A DNA stretch of 64,000 nucleotides, taken from Mytilus californianus. Its lineage: Eukaryota. The stretch covers positions 10,788,001 through 10,852,000 of the forward strand of contig NW_026262745.1 of assembly GCF_021869535.1 (NCBI RefSeq), written 5' to 3'. Below the pieces are notes generated by a model, which saw nothing but the letters and a program-made list of their open reading frames with translations, was not told the DNA's origin and did no database searches. The position numbers and the translations under genes were made by a program. Below are positions 1 through 13,868 of the stretch, in pieces (position 1 is the first letter of the stretch; each line of letters opens with the position of its first letter).

Positions 1-960
1 ACCAAAAGACAAGGATGTAATTGCCAATGAGATATTCCATCAGAGACCAAAGGACAATGATGTAATTGCCAATGAGATATTTCATCAGAGACCAAAGGAC
101 AAGGATGTTATTGCCAATGAGATATTTCACCAGAGACCAAAAGATAAGGATGTAATTGCCAATGAGATATTCCACCAGAGACCAAAGGACAAGGTTGTAA
201 TTGCCAATAAGATATTCTACCAGAAACCAAAAGACATGGATGTATAGTCATTGCCAATGAGATATTCCATCAGAGACCAAAAGACAAGGATGTAATTGCC
301 AATGAGATATTCCATCAGAGACCAAAGGACGAGAATGTAATTGCCACTGAGATATTCCACCAGAGACCAAAAGACAAGGATGTAATTGCCAATGAGATAT
401 TCCATCAGAGACCAAAAGACAAGAATGTAATTGCCAATGAGATATTCCACCAGAGACCAAAAAACAAGGATGTAATTGCCAATGAGATATTCCACCAGAA
501 ACCAAAGGACAATGATGTAATTGCCAATTAGATATTCCACCAGAGACCAAAGGACAATGATGTAATTGCCAATGAGATATTCCATCAGAGACCAAAGGAC
601 AAGAATGTAATTGCCAATGAGATATTCCACCAGAGACCAAAAGACAAGGATGTAATTGCCAATGAGATATTCCATCAGAGACCAAAGGACAAAAATGTAA
701 TTGCCAATGAGATATTCCACCAGAGACCAAAGGACAATGATGTAATTGCCAATGAGATATTCCACCGGAGACCAAATGACAAGGATGTTATTGCCAATGA
801 GAAATTCTACCAGAGACCAAAGGACAATGATGTAATTGCCAATGAGATATTCCACCAGAGACCAAAGGACAAGGATGTAGTTACCAATGAGATATTCTAC
901 CAGAGACCAAAAGACAAGGATGTATATTAATTGCCAATGAGATATTCCACCAGCAACCAA
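1..960. repeat. 45-bp minisatellite (about 21 copies, continues past left edge)
   Basis: Unit ACCAAAGGACAAGGATGTAATTGCCAATGAGATATTCCACCAGAG recurs every 45 nt (ACCAA at 1 and 46). The unit matches part of the interspersed element seen at 1866 and 42241. Confidence 0.97.
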
Positions 961-1865
961 AGGATTTTTAAAAACAACTAAAGACCACCATACAGCCTTC
1001 AAAAATGACCCAAACATCCATTCTGTAAAATAATCAATAAAAGGTCCCAGCATGACATAACATTTACATGATATTGCATGTATGTAGTAGTAGAAATAGT
1101 CATGACACCATCAGAAATGTTAAAGGTCTAATGGTTTCATTTACATTTTACACTTAACTTGCTCTCCATTCATTGCAAGTTATTAGTCTCATTGTTACCA
1201 TGTACATGATATAGAGAAATTTTCAGTAGTATGTAAATCATTAATGTGATCAAATACTGAACATTTATGATCTCTCTATACAGTAAGCAGCTGGGCCTGT
1301 ATTTTAATCATGTTAATCATATATCCTGAAATGCTTCTGTACATACATGACTTGTCCTAAATAAGTATAAAATACATGCAATTGGACCTTTCAGTAAACA
1401 ACAATCAATAACATACATGATATTGCTATTTGCCTTTGACTTGCTAAACATCATCAATGGGCTTTAAGCACTAGAAATGTAAGATGTCATGATGTGTATT
1501 AATTGAACTAAGAATATAGATGATATAAAATAAGTAGGTATTGACATATAGGTTCCAATATGATCCAATGAAATAGTCAAATTTATTTGTGAAAAGCTGG
1601 AATAATTTGATAATGATAATCTAATAATAGTCTCGAGAATCTGAGGAATCCCCAAGGGATGTTTAATATCCACCAGGTAATATTTTAACATCCAGGACAA
1701 GAACATACTAATTTATCAATATGAAAATAAATTCTGCTATGAACAAGATGTATATGCTTAGTTGTCATTTCAACATGCTAGCTCAAATGGTGATAGTCCC
1801 AAGGAAAAACAGTTTTTCTTACCAAGACAAAAAATGCTGGTTCACAACCAACAATATAAAAACAT

Positions 1866-2045
1866 TAAGATGTGGTATGATTGCCAATGAGACAACTCTC
1901 CACAACAAAGACCAAATCACGTAAAAGTTAACAACTATAGCTCACTGTACAGCCTTCAACAATGACAAATGTAAAACAATTCAAATGATAAAACTAATGG
2001 CCTGACTTATGTACAAAACATTAAACGAAAATCAAATATGATATA
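1866..2045. mobile_element. Abundant non-autonomous interspersed repeat, family 1 (GATGTGGTATGATTGCCAATGAGACAACTCTCCAC end), partial
   Basis: Same sequence recurs at about 961-1060, 28060-28270, 36411-36493, 42241-42425, 45153-45262 and inverted at 51225-51572. Confidence 0.85.
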
Positions 2046-2989
2046 CAGACTTTGCAGATACTTTTAAAAGCTGCATGCTGGCCAGAAAGCAAATACATTA
2101 TTAGACTTTAGTTTGACCTAAAACTTATCCTGGATAAAACCCACAACCATATAAAAAGAATTGATGCATCTTGGCAGTGCTACATGTACTAACAGACCAA
2201 TTTTTTAGAGTATGGACATAAAGGAACAATCTGACTAAAACAAATGTACATAATATTTATGTTTGACTTCCCTTATTAGTCATTGCAGATATAAAGTACT
2301 ACACATTTTTCTTCACTTTCCAGACTCAATTTCAAACAAGTAAAATTGCAATACTCTTCAAAGTAACTTCAAATGAATTCTTTGTAATTTGTTAATCAAA
2401 AACACTTCCACATAATCTAATTGTATGAAAACATATTTAAAATCCCTTTCATATAGGAAAGTACATTTTGTAATCCTAGCATTATAATATAAACATCTCA
2501 AAAAACAGGCTGATTCATGTAAATTCAATTAAACCTTGTATATCATATCTGCTGACTAACACTAAAGAATTATTAAAAAATATTTACAAATAATTTTTTG
2601 CAAGAGTGGTCATGGTTATATTTTTAACAGGCAGACAGGTACACTTTAATAAGTAAGTAGAGATTACCCGTAACAATAAGTCACTGATAATCTCAGGAAA
2701 TTGTTGACTTTAATTCAAGTTAAAGTATTATGTGAGAATTGTCACAACTTAGTACAATTAATCTTAGTATTATCGGCAGTGTAAATTTAAATCTGAAGAT
2801 ATAATTAAATTTCTATTTGGGTAATCTGTCCCCAATTTTGATATGACATGCCTTAATTGAAGTTAAACTAAATTCTCATGGTAACCAACAATATGAAAAA
2901 GGAAATCATACAAATTATTAATATAACTTATTAACTGATTGTCAATATCATTATCAAACTAAGAAGCATCATATTTTAAAATGACAGAT

Positions 2990-3200
2990 TGATTGATTTA
3001 TTGCTTGCTAATAACTTCCAGTGGCAATCATTTATTTATATTCTGGACAAAATTAGGTCCTGAAAGGAGTGATGACAGAGACCAAGGGCAGAAAAGTTAG
3101 ATTTCTACTGGCAACAACGGCATGTTGGACAGAGGTAGAAATTTTACTTTCCAACAGGCCGCTTAAGGACACCTCCAAGAGTTAATGACAGAAGTTAACA
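2990..3200 (-). mobile_element. Decayed retroposon (same family as 11168-11590)
   Basis: Degenerate inverted match (TTCCAGTGGCAATCATTT...CTGGAC, GATTTCTACTGGCAAC...AGAAATTTTACTTTCCAACAGGCC). Confidence 0.6.
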
Positions 3201-5699
3201 TGAAAATATATTAAACATCAATGTGTAAATGACTGTGTGTAATGAATTCAATTATAAAGAAGGGGGATTTGTGTTGCAATCTGTAATAGTAGGGGTGGGG
3301 ACAATCTGTAATAGTAGGGGGTGGGGGGATACAAAAATGGATGAAAGTAATGAAAAAACAGGTAGATTTTAGGAATTATGTCACCGTGAACGAATGTCAA
3401 GAGACATGCATATTGCTTTTCCTCTGTTTCTTCACTATTATTCTTATTCTTCAAACTTTTTTGTCCCTGACATTTCTCATGGACAGTTGGAACGTAATGA
3501 GGACCACCAGCTGTATATGAGCATGAAATCTTTGGAATTTTTAAAATGGCCACCCTTCACCAAAGAAAAGTCTGCACAAATGGAATCGTTTTCTTTCTGA
3601 TGATTAATCATTGTTAATTTGACTAAAAATCATGAAATCTTAATACAGCCATGCTGTCCGCTACATACAGGATTTGGGTAATTTTGGACATGTTGGAGAT
3701 CTTCGGAGCAACATTTTCCAGAACATATTCAACATATATGGGAAAACACAAAAGTAGCATTTTTTTTTAAAGATTATAAGATCAAATGTACAAAGTTTTA
3801 GAGATGTTATCTTTAATGTATAGTTGTGGAATAAGTTATCAAAAAATTAGCAAAAATGTGAAAAATACTAAAATGCATCAAATTGAATGAAACTTTACAG
3901 AAATGTTAACTGACAAATGTAAATGTGCCATTTGACTTTGACATTTTTAAAATAGTGGCCATTATCATCGAAACAGCAAAAATGTTTAAATATTATAAAA
4001 TGCTCCAAACTTTTAAAATGAAAATTTACAGAAATGTTAACTGGCATGTGTAGACATGGTAGATGTGGAATTTGACTTAAGAAATTTCAAAATGACCACT
4101 GTAATCTAGGCAATTGGCGTACCCTATTCCTTGCAATAGCAATTCTATTTGTATTGACTTGTTGTTAGGTCATGTAGGCTTATCCACATGCTTGAAAGCT
4201 TTATTGAAATAAAAAGTTTTGAAAGTCTAAAAATCTTAAAACAAAACTAGGAAAATCAAATGCCTAAATAATATTATATTTCATAAGATAACAAAGTTAA
4301 AGTTTTTTAAAAAATTGTTTGATTCACAATTAGTCCAAAGTTAATATATTTGAATACTTTGAATTATAAATTTAGTACATGTATTAGAATTTAAAACTTC
4401 AGAAAACAGACTTTAAGAAAATTTGAAATTCAACTAATTTGATTGTTTATCATCACGTAGATATGCGAAACCTGATTAAACAAAGTAATTTTGTATTATC
4501 TACAAATTATACCTATTTTCGAAATCACCCTGGATATAGTAATCTGTTTGTTTATCAGACGACTATGGTCCTATCTTAACTTTGTAAATAAACTATGTTC
4601 AAGTCAGTAAACTCTGTATACATTCTTCTATATTGTTGACAAAAGTATTTACAAAATAACAATGCTCGCCTTTGAAGTGAGGTAAACCAATACACTTAAG
4701 CTTAAAAATACACATTTTCCTTCTTTTTTTATTTGAAAAACAGAGATTATTAACACCTTTGCATGGCAGCAATTCTTTAGTTGTAATATATTATATAAAC
4801 ACTGATGTGTATTGGGCATTATTTCTTAGGCTAAAAAGAAAAGTTTCTTGCCGTCCCTACCAATTTTTATTTTGATGTCAACCATGTCTACCCTAAAACA
4901 TTTTTATGCTCATTTTTGTTTAAGAAATTTTTAAAGTCCTGACATTTTTGGTTAATCACTGTTAAAGTTCAGGATAGTTGTATTACAAAAAAATCTTACA
5001 ATTCAAAAGTATTAACTTACAATAAATTGTAGTAGTATAATTTATGTGAAAGGCAGGCCAGAATATTTCCTTGCATCTGGCAAAATATAATATGTCATAA
5101 TGTGTGGCTTAACGGTTTCCCTACCTACTATCATTTTGAGCCCCAACCCTAAACTATGTTTTGTCAATTTTACAATATAAGTACATTTTGTAAGCACTGT
5201 TAAGAGTTGGTGGACAGGAGGTCCCTGATTCACACTTCCCTACCCCCAACTCCCACAACCTTTCCACTCTACTCCCAATTCCCTCCCATCCATCCCCACC
5301 CCCGGGCCTTACTCCTACTTCCCTTCTCCTTACTCTTAAGACAAAAATTGTTCAGAAAAATTGTCCCTTAAATTTAACATGTTTAACATTCCTACATGTA
5401 CATCATGCCCTATTTTTCTGCCAGAAGGCATCGAAAATAAGTAAATATTTTTGTTTACCTTTGATAACTTTTCTTCATGTAATGATACATTTATTTTTGT
5501 GGATACCAATTTTAATGGATTTTAGAAAGAATGTCTTTTTCATGAAAATTTGATTTCTTGATTTTCAAAGTCTGCATAAAATCTTAAATAAAAAATTTGC
5601 ACTTTGTTGGTCGTATAAACTTGTGGTTCATCTAAACTCTGGAAATTCTTGATTATTGGTATCCCATGAATAATAATTAATCCACAGTATACTAAATTT

Positions 5700-5851
5700 C
5701 AGTGGCGGATCCAAGGAGGGGTTCAGGGGGTTGGAACCCCCCTTTTTTTGACGATCAATGCATTTGAATGGGGACATATAGTTGGAAACCCCCCCCCCCC
5801 TTATCCTGGGTTAGGAACCCCCCCTTTTATAAATGGCTGGATCCGCCCCTG
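5700..5851. mobile_element. 152-bp MITE
   Basis: TIRs CAGTGGCGGATCCA / TGGATCCGCCCCTG; AATTT directly on both sides (5695-5699, 5852-5856) is a candidate 5-bp TSD. Confidence 0.85.
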
Positions 5852-7809
5852 AATTTCATTTTTATTCATGAAAGGTGAGTTTAAGTGAGTCTGCAGTTAA
5901 AATTATTGTCATGAAATAAATTTTACTTCAATTTCTGTGCTCTCTCTCCTTTTTGTGTCAGGTCAAAAGGTCAGAGACAGAATGTCAACTAACAACAGGT
6001 ATTTATTGATGGGTGCAACAACAGATAGGGTCCCAGGGGAAACTGTGATGATCATAATTTGGAAGTGACCCTAACAATTCTGACAGGAGAGAGAGGAAGA
6101 AATTTTTTTTGTGTTTAAGGCAAAATACAACTTTGATTTTAGTGGGTGACTGTGCCAGGTGATGATCTATAAATGTATTATACACTAAGAAATATCATGA
6201 ATCACTCTACATTCTGTAGCATGTAAAGGGGAAAAGACAAAGCCCTCATTATCCTGAAGTTCATATGAATAAAAGGTGTCTGTTTCTGTCAATCAATATG
6301 AGACACTAGCAACCAAATGACAAAAATTTTCAAAAAACATCTAAAGGGCAACATGCAATATTCAACAACTATAGACAGGTTTCAGTATTCAAAGTTGTAA
6401 TATTGTTACATCTGAATTGAAGACTGTATTTGAAATTTCCACACATTTTTATCTATACTTTTTAATCATTATATGAATTATTTAAGGTTATTAAAAATGT
6501 AAATTGGATTGCATACATTGTAACTGCTCTTATCACTAAAAGACTTATACTGGTATAGTGTACTGTATAACACACATGGATGAAATATGCAATTAAGTTT
6601 TCATTATATAAAAAATATTTCAGAGAACATGGAGAAAGGTACATTTAACGCCTATCAGATCATTTCAAAGGCAGATTTTAGGGGTGCAAGGCCCCCTGAT
6701 GGAGCTACACATAAGAGTACAGCATAGACTTTTAACATGTCCCACTCCTACGTTGTCTGACACCCTCCCCCCTTTTCAAAATCCTGGTTCTGCATTTTAT
6801 ATAAAGATAGAGCTATTATGTTCATACAAGCCAAACAATATTCAATAAAAACATAATGGAACATTAAGGAACTAACAATTGCTAATACTATATATATATA
6901 ACTCCTGCTCTGTTCAAGGTTTCAAAATGACCACATGTTCATCCTGGGCACCATTTACAATATAGGGTGTCAAAAAAACATGTGTTGGATCGACTCGGAT
7001 GTGACATTTAGCCCTTACTTCAGACTGTCAACAATATCATTCCAATAAAAATATTGAGGTACAAATTAAACTACACCTTTAATTTCATTTTTATTGCTAT
7101 TGGGCATATCATTTTCTTTTTGTTAGTAGGTTTGATTTGCACAATTCTGGTTACTGTATTTGCTTTGTAATATGCAGTTATCATAGTTACTGTGTACTTA
7201 AAAGTATTTTCCGTTGTAATTCGTCTTTAAAAATTGAATAACCTCTCTGTGGTAACTATTATAGTTTTTGACGACAAATTCTTTTTAAAATTCAGGGTCC
7301 ATTTATTTTTATAATTATAATCCCTTGTTGTCTTGTTTCAAAGTATAAATGCATGAATACTATGCGTTTTGTGTAATTACTTTCCATTCAATTCAAGAGT
7401 TTTTATAGAGCGTTTTTGTGAACGATTTTTTATTCCACGGTGACAGCTTGTATTTTTTCCATGGCAAGATATCTCCGACATGAAGTATTTTTCATACATA
7501 TTTTATGCTGAATAAGACTACATTTTTAAATGAATCAGAAAAAAGAAAATTTATTTATGCATTTGTATAAGAATTAAATTATACTGCGTTTCACATGTTC
7601 AGCTGCAGTTGGTTTTTAAAATGCAATTTTTACACGTGCTAACCTCGATGTTTATCTAGCATGATCTTTACACTACACAAGTATAGAAACATCTTCATTT
7701 TGTAAACATTGAAAAAAAATATTTACATTGCCGAAGGCAAATTATGTCAAGAATCTAGGGCATAATATAATTGATGATTTTTGGACAGTTAACTTCCGCG
7801 GATTCTCAC

Positions 7810-7917
7810 CTGTATCCATCGTTCAGCTTCGTGCAGCGCAAGTTCCGTAAAAAATTCTTGCTCAGTATCCTGTCGTAATTTTAAATTCCAACTTTCATCA
7901 TTTTCTTCGTTCGCCAT
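7810..7917 (-). CDS. First coding exon of a calponin-homology-domain protein, LIMCH1/LMO7-like; later exons not found in window
   Basis: ATG 7917 to phase-0 donor CAG|GTGAGA gives MANEENDESWNLKLRQDTEQEFFTELALHEAERWIQ. The end resembles the LIMCH1 CH-domain start (AFSEAQKWIE, from memory). Only 36 aa available. Confidence 0.6.
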
Positions 7918-7919
7918 TG

Positions 7920-8080
7920 TGTCCAGTTTTGTGGTCAAGCTCACACACAGTGGAACATTGTCAGACTGTAAACAATCTCGCGATGATCACTCGAGCATGA
8001 AGACATTCCACACTAGACTACCTGCGCCAATACATCAATCAGTGAACCGCAAACGTTACACTGACATGACCACTTACAAT
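7920..8080 (-). promoter_or_regulatory. Probable promoter/5' UTR of the LIMCH1/LMO7-like gene
   Basis: CpG-richer patch just upstream of the ATG, with TCTCGCGA (7976-7983), a TCTCGCGAGA-like promoter motif. Confidence 0.4.
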
Positions 8081-8849
8081 CGCTAATTTTAATCTAGTTT
8101 GTGTATTGTAATATGATTTCGAGTAATATGAGATAATCTTTAACATAATATAATTTAACAACCCTTTGATGTGCGTTCACACGGAACTACGTAATTACCG
8201 TTTTTTGTTGATTATCTTTTTAAATTTATCATAAAAAATTAGTTTATAATTTTTTTTTTTATATACGCAGTTAATCATTATGCATGCCATGTTATATTAT
8301 ACGAAAGATCGAATGCAAAAAGCATCATATATTTTTTGTAAGGTGATAACTACTTAAAATCTTAGGTTTTACACTTATACAATCGGCCTATAATTATAAT
8401 TCTGTGGGAAATGACAACTAAATTACTTAATGAAAATTTAAATAAAAAGCATCTCTAAATTGGCGGAAACAGGTGGGGACATAGAGTTGATCGGAAAAAA
8501 GTATCATTTTTTTTTACATTAAATAGTTTTTTAGAAACCAATTCGCTATGCTTGGCACAATAATCATTACCATGGCATCTTTTCCCCGAACCCTGGAACC
8601 ACCCTGAACGATTGAAACCAATTGTAATACACCACAGAACCGTAACAGCTGCTAGAAAACGATCAATCGGGTCCTTTTTCCCTCTGCTAGATAGTTCTCT
8701 GATTGGCAATCAAACCACAACTCCTTAGTTTAATGCATACTTGTTTCACTTTCGATAGCTATTCATATCCATTATAGTTAGATGTGCTTGAAGAATAATA
8801 TTTGGAAAAGTAATTTCAAAAATTGCTTAAATAAGAAAGATACCGAGGG

Positions 8850-8940
8850 AAAAAAGATAACGGGCAGCACCATTTATATAACCAATATAAAAAAGATAAC
8901 GGGCAGCACCATTTATATAACCAATATAAAAAAGATAACA
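8850..8940. repeat. Short tandem duplication (about 39 bp x2 plus partial)
   Basis: AAAAAAGATAACGGGCAGCACCATTTATATAACCAATAT repeated. Confidence 0.9.
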
Positions 8941-9869
8941 AGACAAACAAGTACAGTTCATGAAAAAACACAAAAGACATGGGCCCTGGTTTTCTAGAAA
9001 AAAACTTCAAGAGAAGTCATGAGATATATATTTCATTGCATACTTGAGAAGATTCATGTACGTCTAAGACTGTAGATCAAATCTGTTCTAAGATGGTCCC
9101 AGTCAGGATGACAATCAGATTAGGACGGGCCTAAGTATATTTAAAAGACACATTAATATTATAACTATATATTTTATTTACTTTAATATTAATACTTAAA
9201 TTATTAATCTGCCACTGGACGTTAAGCAATAAAAAATCAACTTTTTATAGTACTTAATGATAATGATAGTTTATTGAATGAAAACGACTTATGTCCCAGC
9301 TGGTGATAACAATAATAACAAAATACAAAGAAGAGGGAAAATAATTAAAGATATTCATCACGAATATCAGATTAAAAAACGAAGTATAATAAAGTATTAT
9401 ACAATGTATTGAAGTTTTCTTTGGAGTGTTATAAGATTTGAGAAAAGTGCATGATGTGTTAAAAGATGTCGAGGCTTACACGATTAAAATTTATAGGACA
9501 GATTTCACATGTCGTACATTTGCCTATATTTATATGCAGCGTAATCAAGTCTTTCGTGTGCTCTTTTAATGGCAATAAAAAAAATTCAACTCTTTATGAT
9601 ATGCATTTAACATGTTAGATGATTCAATTAGTCATGTTTTATATTTAACAGACAGTACATATTAGAATTGCAACATGAGATGACTAACTGTCTTCCTTTT
9701 GTTACAACATAGCAGATAGTTATTATTTACAAAAGAAAAAAATTTCTCCTTTTGTTACAACATAGCAGATAGTTATTATTTACAAACTAAAAGAATAAAA
9801 AGTCTCATTTTTATCGATATATTTGAAATTGTAAAGAAAATACTTTTATAACTACCCTGCGACCATCTT

Positions 9870-10070
9870 TGGACATTTTTTTTTATATCCTTTACGTTTT
9901 CTGAGACCAATCCAGTTTTTGGTGGGGGTTAATGTTGTATGCTCATTCTTTAGTTTTTTATGTAGTGTTTTATGGGTTTATTTGTCTTTTCGTCGTCATT
10001 TGATTTTTGCCATGACGTTGTCAGTTTTTCTTCGACATATGAGTTTTAATTTCCTCCGCCTCATTGTTAC
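9870..10070. mobile_element. Decayed copy of interspersed repeat family 3
   Basis: Inverted degenerate match to 19340-19556. Confidence 0.65.
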
Positions 10071-11167
10071 AATACATCCTATGATTTGTCTTAACTTAAT
10101 ACAATTTGAACAATTACGGCTAAGGTGTGTATAAAGACAATCTTAGGATCTGTCTTAGTCCTAAGTTACTTTCGAAAACCAGGATTGTAACCTTATAGAA
10201 ATAGAATGACATTGATGAAATTTATCGTATTTCAGTTATTCTACCTGTCTCATAAAATGTTTAGGAGTAATACTTTGCCTATGATAAAATTTGTTTGCGC
10301 ATTAATTTCATGAACTGAATATGTTGGGTTTTTTTCATGCATTATATATCTATTATGTATAAGTCTTTATTTCAATTTATTGTATCATATCGAGTTGTGC
10401 ATATACTAGTTTTTTTTAACATTTATGCACTTGCGTTTAGCACTTTTATTTCATAAACAAAGTAAAGGACATTCAGACTCATGGATATTAATTACCGGAA
10501 GAAACTAAAAACTTGATTTTTTTTATTTAAGTCGAAATAATCATGCCCCATAAAAGATAGATGACCGGTGCCCAACACAATGCTCCTGATTTTGCCTTTT
10601 AATTAAAGTCAGGATTTGAAATACCTGGTAAGCGACCATATTTAGATAGATACGGGGAACATTAGGAAATTAGTCTCCAAACATTGGAATCCAAAAGTAA
10701 ATAATACGTCCATATTTTGACAATAAGACTCATCTCTATAAAAAGCACATAGTATGCTAGCTGTCAAGCAGGCCAGCCTTTAACTTCGCTTTTTAGTGTT
10801 TAGGAATGCTTCTTATTTTTATTGTGTCTAATATATGTAATTTTAGCATGTCAAATTGTAATCATTACAAAATAAAAGAAAAATGACTTTAATCTGAGCA
10901 CATTTATGACGAATAAACGGTTTCCTGTTCTCGTTAGCTGAATTGTGTTAATATCTCGTTAGAATATTGTTGAATTGGTGGATCAAACCAGTTTAATTTT
11001 GGGGTCTTATCTTGTATTTGAAATAGTCTTGACCTGTAGATGAAGTCATGTTATGTAACATATATATTTTTTTTTGCATTGACGTATAACCTGCATATCA
11101 AGTCGATGAGTAATGTGTGTGTATCATGTAAGTGTTTCAGTTATTAAAATTGAGTTATCTCTCTTAA

Positions 11168-11590
11168 TTCATATAAACTCCCAATGGTGACTGGGGAATA
11201 GGTGGTCTCCTCTACAGACCGACAGTAAAACCCTTGCCAAAGTAGGGCGTCCTTTGGGCGTGCGGGATGTACAAGTACGCAGCAACGTCGCGTCAGAATG
11301 AAGACGTTAAATCTGATGCCTCGCGTAAAGAGAGTACCATGCTCACTGCACGTTACGAACCCTTGCAGCAACTCTTTGAAGCGTCAGTAGATAGACTGTT
11401 GCATGGCCAAATTTCTGTCCCTATCCAATATACCCGCATTCTCCTGTGGCAATCTAAATCTCCCCGACCTTCCAGACGGCCTCTATTACGGAACCTACCT
11501 ATTGTTTTTATTGTTTATTAGTTCTCGTCCTGGCCATGCATGAAATATTTTCAACTGGACATTATGCAACAAACAATCAATCAATCAATA
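11168..11590 (+). mobile_element. Retroposon (SINE or LINE 3' end) with (AATC)n tail
   Basis: Ends ...CTGGACATTATGCAACAAACAATCAATCAATC; second near-full copy at 40290-40720. Confidence 0.75.
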
Positions 11591-12019
11591 CTTCGTATAC
11601 CGTCGTGGTCTTTTGTTCAATGTTCGCTCATAGTGTTCTATTTTCGTTATAATAATAAATTTATTAGAGTGTCACATATTGATTATTATAAAACATTACT
11701 TCCTTCATTTACAGTTTTGAAAGTAAGGTTCCAACAAAAAGATTGAATTTGATTACATACTTAATTGTTTTAAAAGCGGAAGTTACGACGTAATCTTTTT
11801 GATCTTGTTCAAATTTCAATGACTTTTTCATCGCATGTTACTTTAAGAACTTATTTTTTGGGAATACTTATTGAATAGATTTGTGTCATAAGAAGACAAA
11901 CATTTAAATAAGCTTGTATTATACAATATAAAATTGCAATTGACCATTCATAATACTAATGTATGAATCTGTAGCAACCAAACCTAAATGAATATAATAT
12001 ATGAAGATATTTACAAGAG

Positions 12020-12252
12020 GACGACCATTTGCTTTTCTGGAGGGGGAAGATAATTTTGAAAATCCTGGTCTGACAAGAGTTGAAAATAAATAACCTTGCA
12101 TACGACAGGATGAAATACAAAAGTGAAAATAAATTTTCGTGCAGCGAAGCCGCGGAAGAAAATATGCATGCGTAGCAACGGACGAAAATGAATAGGCATT
12201 CCGCAAAAATCCTCCTGTCCCCTCCCCCTCCCCAGAATATCAAATGGTCGTC
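12020..12252. mobile_element. MITE
   Basis: TIR GACGACCATTTG (12020-12031) / CAAATGGTCGTC (12241-12252), extended by TTCTGGAGGGGG / CCCCTCCCCCAGAA. Confidence 0.75.
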
Positions 12253-12304
12253 TTCCAACAGTTACAATAGATAATATGCCAAATAAAGTAGTCATCAAAT
12301 TGTT

Positions 12305-12568
12305 CAATGTAACATACTTTATACTCATACTAGACACACACATTAAGACAATGTAACATACTTTATGCTCATACTAGACACACACATTAAGACAATGTAA
12401 CATACTTTATGTTCATACTAGACACACACATTAAGACAATGTAACATACTTTATGCTCATACTAGACACACACATTAAGACAATGTAACATACTTTATGC
12501 TCACACTAGACACACACATTAAGACAATGTAACATACTGTATGCTCATACTAGACACACACATGAAGA
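12305..12568. repeat. 44-bp minisatellite, 6 copies
   Basis: CAATGTAACATACTTTATGCTCATACTAGACACACACATTAAGA at 12305, 12349, 12393, 12437, 12481, 12525. Confidence 0.97.
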
Positions 12569-13868
12569 CTTACAATTGGTCAATTATTTGAACTGTGTTT
12601 TTTTTCTATCAAAAACTTTATTCAAAACCCAATTAGTATCCTTTCCTTAAATTTTTGTGGCTTTCTTCATTCGATATATGTTAGTCATTGCCCGCTATCC
12701 GACAATCATTATTTCAGTTTGACTCAAGAAAGAACACATGTCTGTCCCCAACCAGTCAGGCACTCCTTTAGTAAATGAAGTTGTGTATATCTTAGTGTCT
12801 GTGTTTGCTGTTTGTTTTTATTCACTAGGAATAAGGATTGATAGTAGATCTTAGGTAGTCCCTGTTGAATAAATTCATAACTTATTTAGATTCGGGGTTA
12901 TTTATTCACTTTAGATATGTATATGGTTACTGACACTCGTCAATTGCATGCTACTCTTGCTGGTACTATTATGAATATATGGTCTTTCACGATCGACACT
13001 TTCCGATTTCCAATACTAGTATTTTGTTTCCATGTTGATGAGAAATAAATACAGTCATGATTGAACATTTATTAATTTAACATGACTTTTATAATTTAAA
13101 TATTTATTTCAATGTTTATAAATTCTGCACCCAATTCAAGTTCGGTATATATTTGCTATTTTGCAGAACTACCATTGGGTCAAGGTAATCCGGTTGTCTG
13201 CAAATCTATTAGGATGGCAAGTACTTATGTTCTGACGTGGTATTAATTTAAAATCAATATTTGAAAAATTAATTCGCCAACAAATGATGTAGAATTGGTC
13301 AAGTTCTTAAACATTCTCCTTGGTTTCGAGCACCACTGCCGAGAAATGAATTCTTTTAATGATCACATGGCACATCATGTGATATCATGTTAACTAATGT
13401 TGCATTACGACCACGGGATAAAAAAGGCGTACGGTACCAAAGGAAGAATCAAAATAGACCGACAAACTATTTTATGGCAATAACGAAAAGCAAATAAATA
13501 CAAACAGCAGTTTAAAAAACACTACATTAAAAACTAGAGACTGAGCAACACGAACCCTATCCAAAACTGGCGGTGATCTCAGGTGATCAAACATCTTCCC
13601 GTTAACTGCAAGTCGCCATTGGTTTCACAGGACCGACAGCCAGTGCTTTTTGATTGGAGAAAATATTACTTAGATATTAAAACCTAAGAAATATTTAGTT
13701 GATAAATAGATATAGAAATTCAAAAAAAAATGTAAGTTATCCTCTGATGCGTTCTTTAGTTGCTTTAAAAATCGTGACGGTGTGACAGAAATGCAGTTTA
13801 AGCATAAGACAATATTTGTAATTCAATGTTTAATTGTAATCCATAATAAATTACCCGTTTAAACAATG

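Noticed and set aside
217-1053. 278-aa hydrophobic ORF with 15-aa repeats (and overlapping 248-775)
   Set aside because: Consequence of a 45-bp (3n) minisatellite lacking stops in those frames; no splice or domain support.
12305-12568. CRISPR-like regular repeats (also 1-960 and 28282-28427)
   Set aside because: Head-to-tail units with no unique spacers, eukaryotic context, no cas genes.
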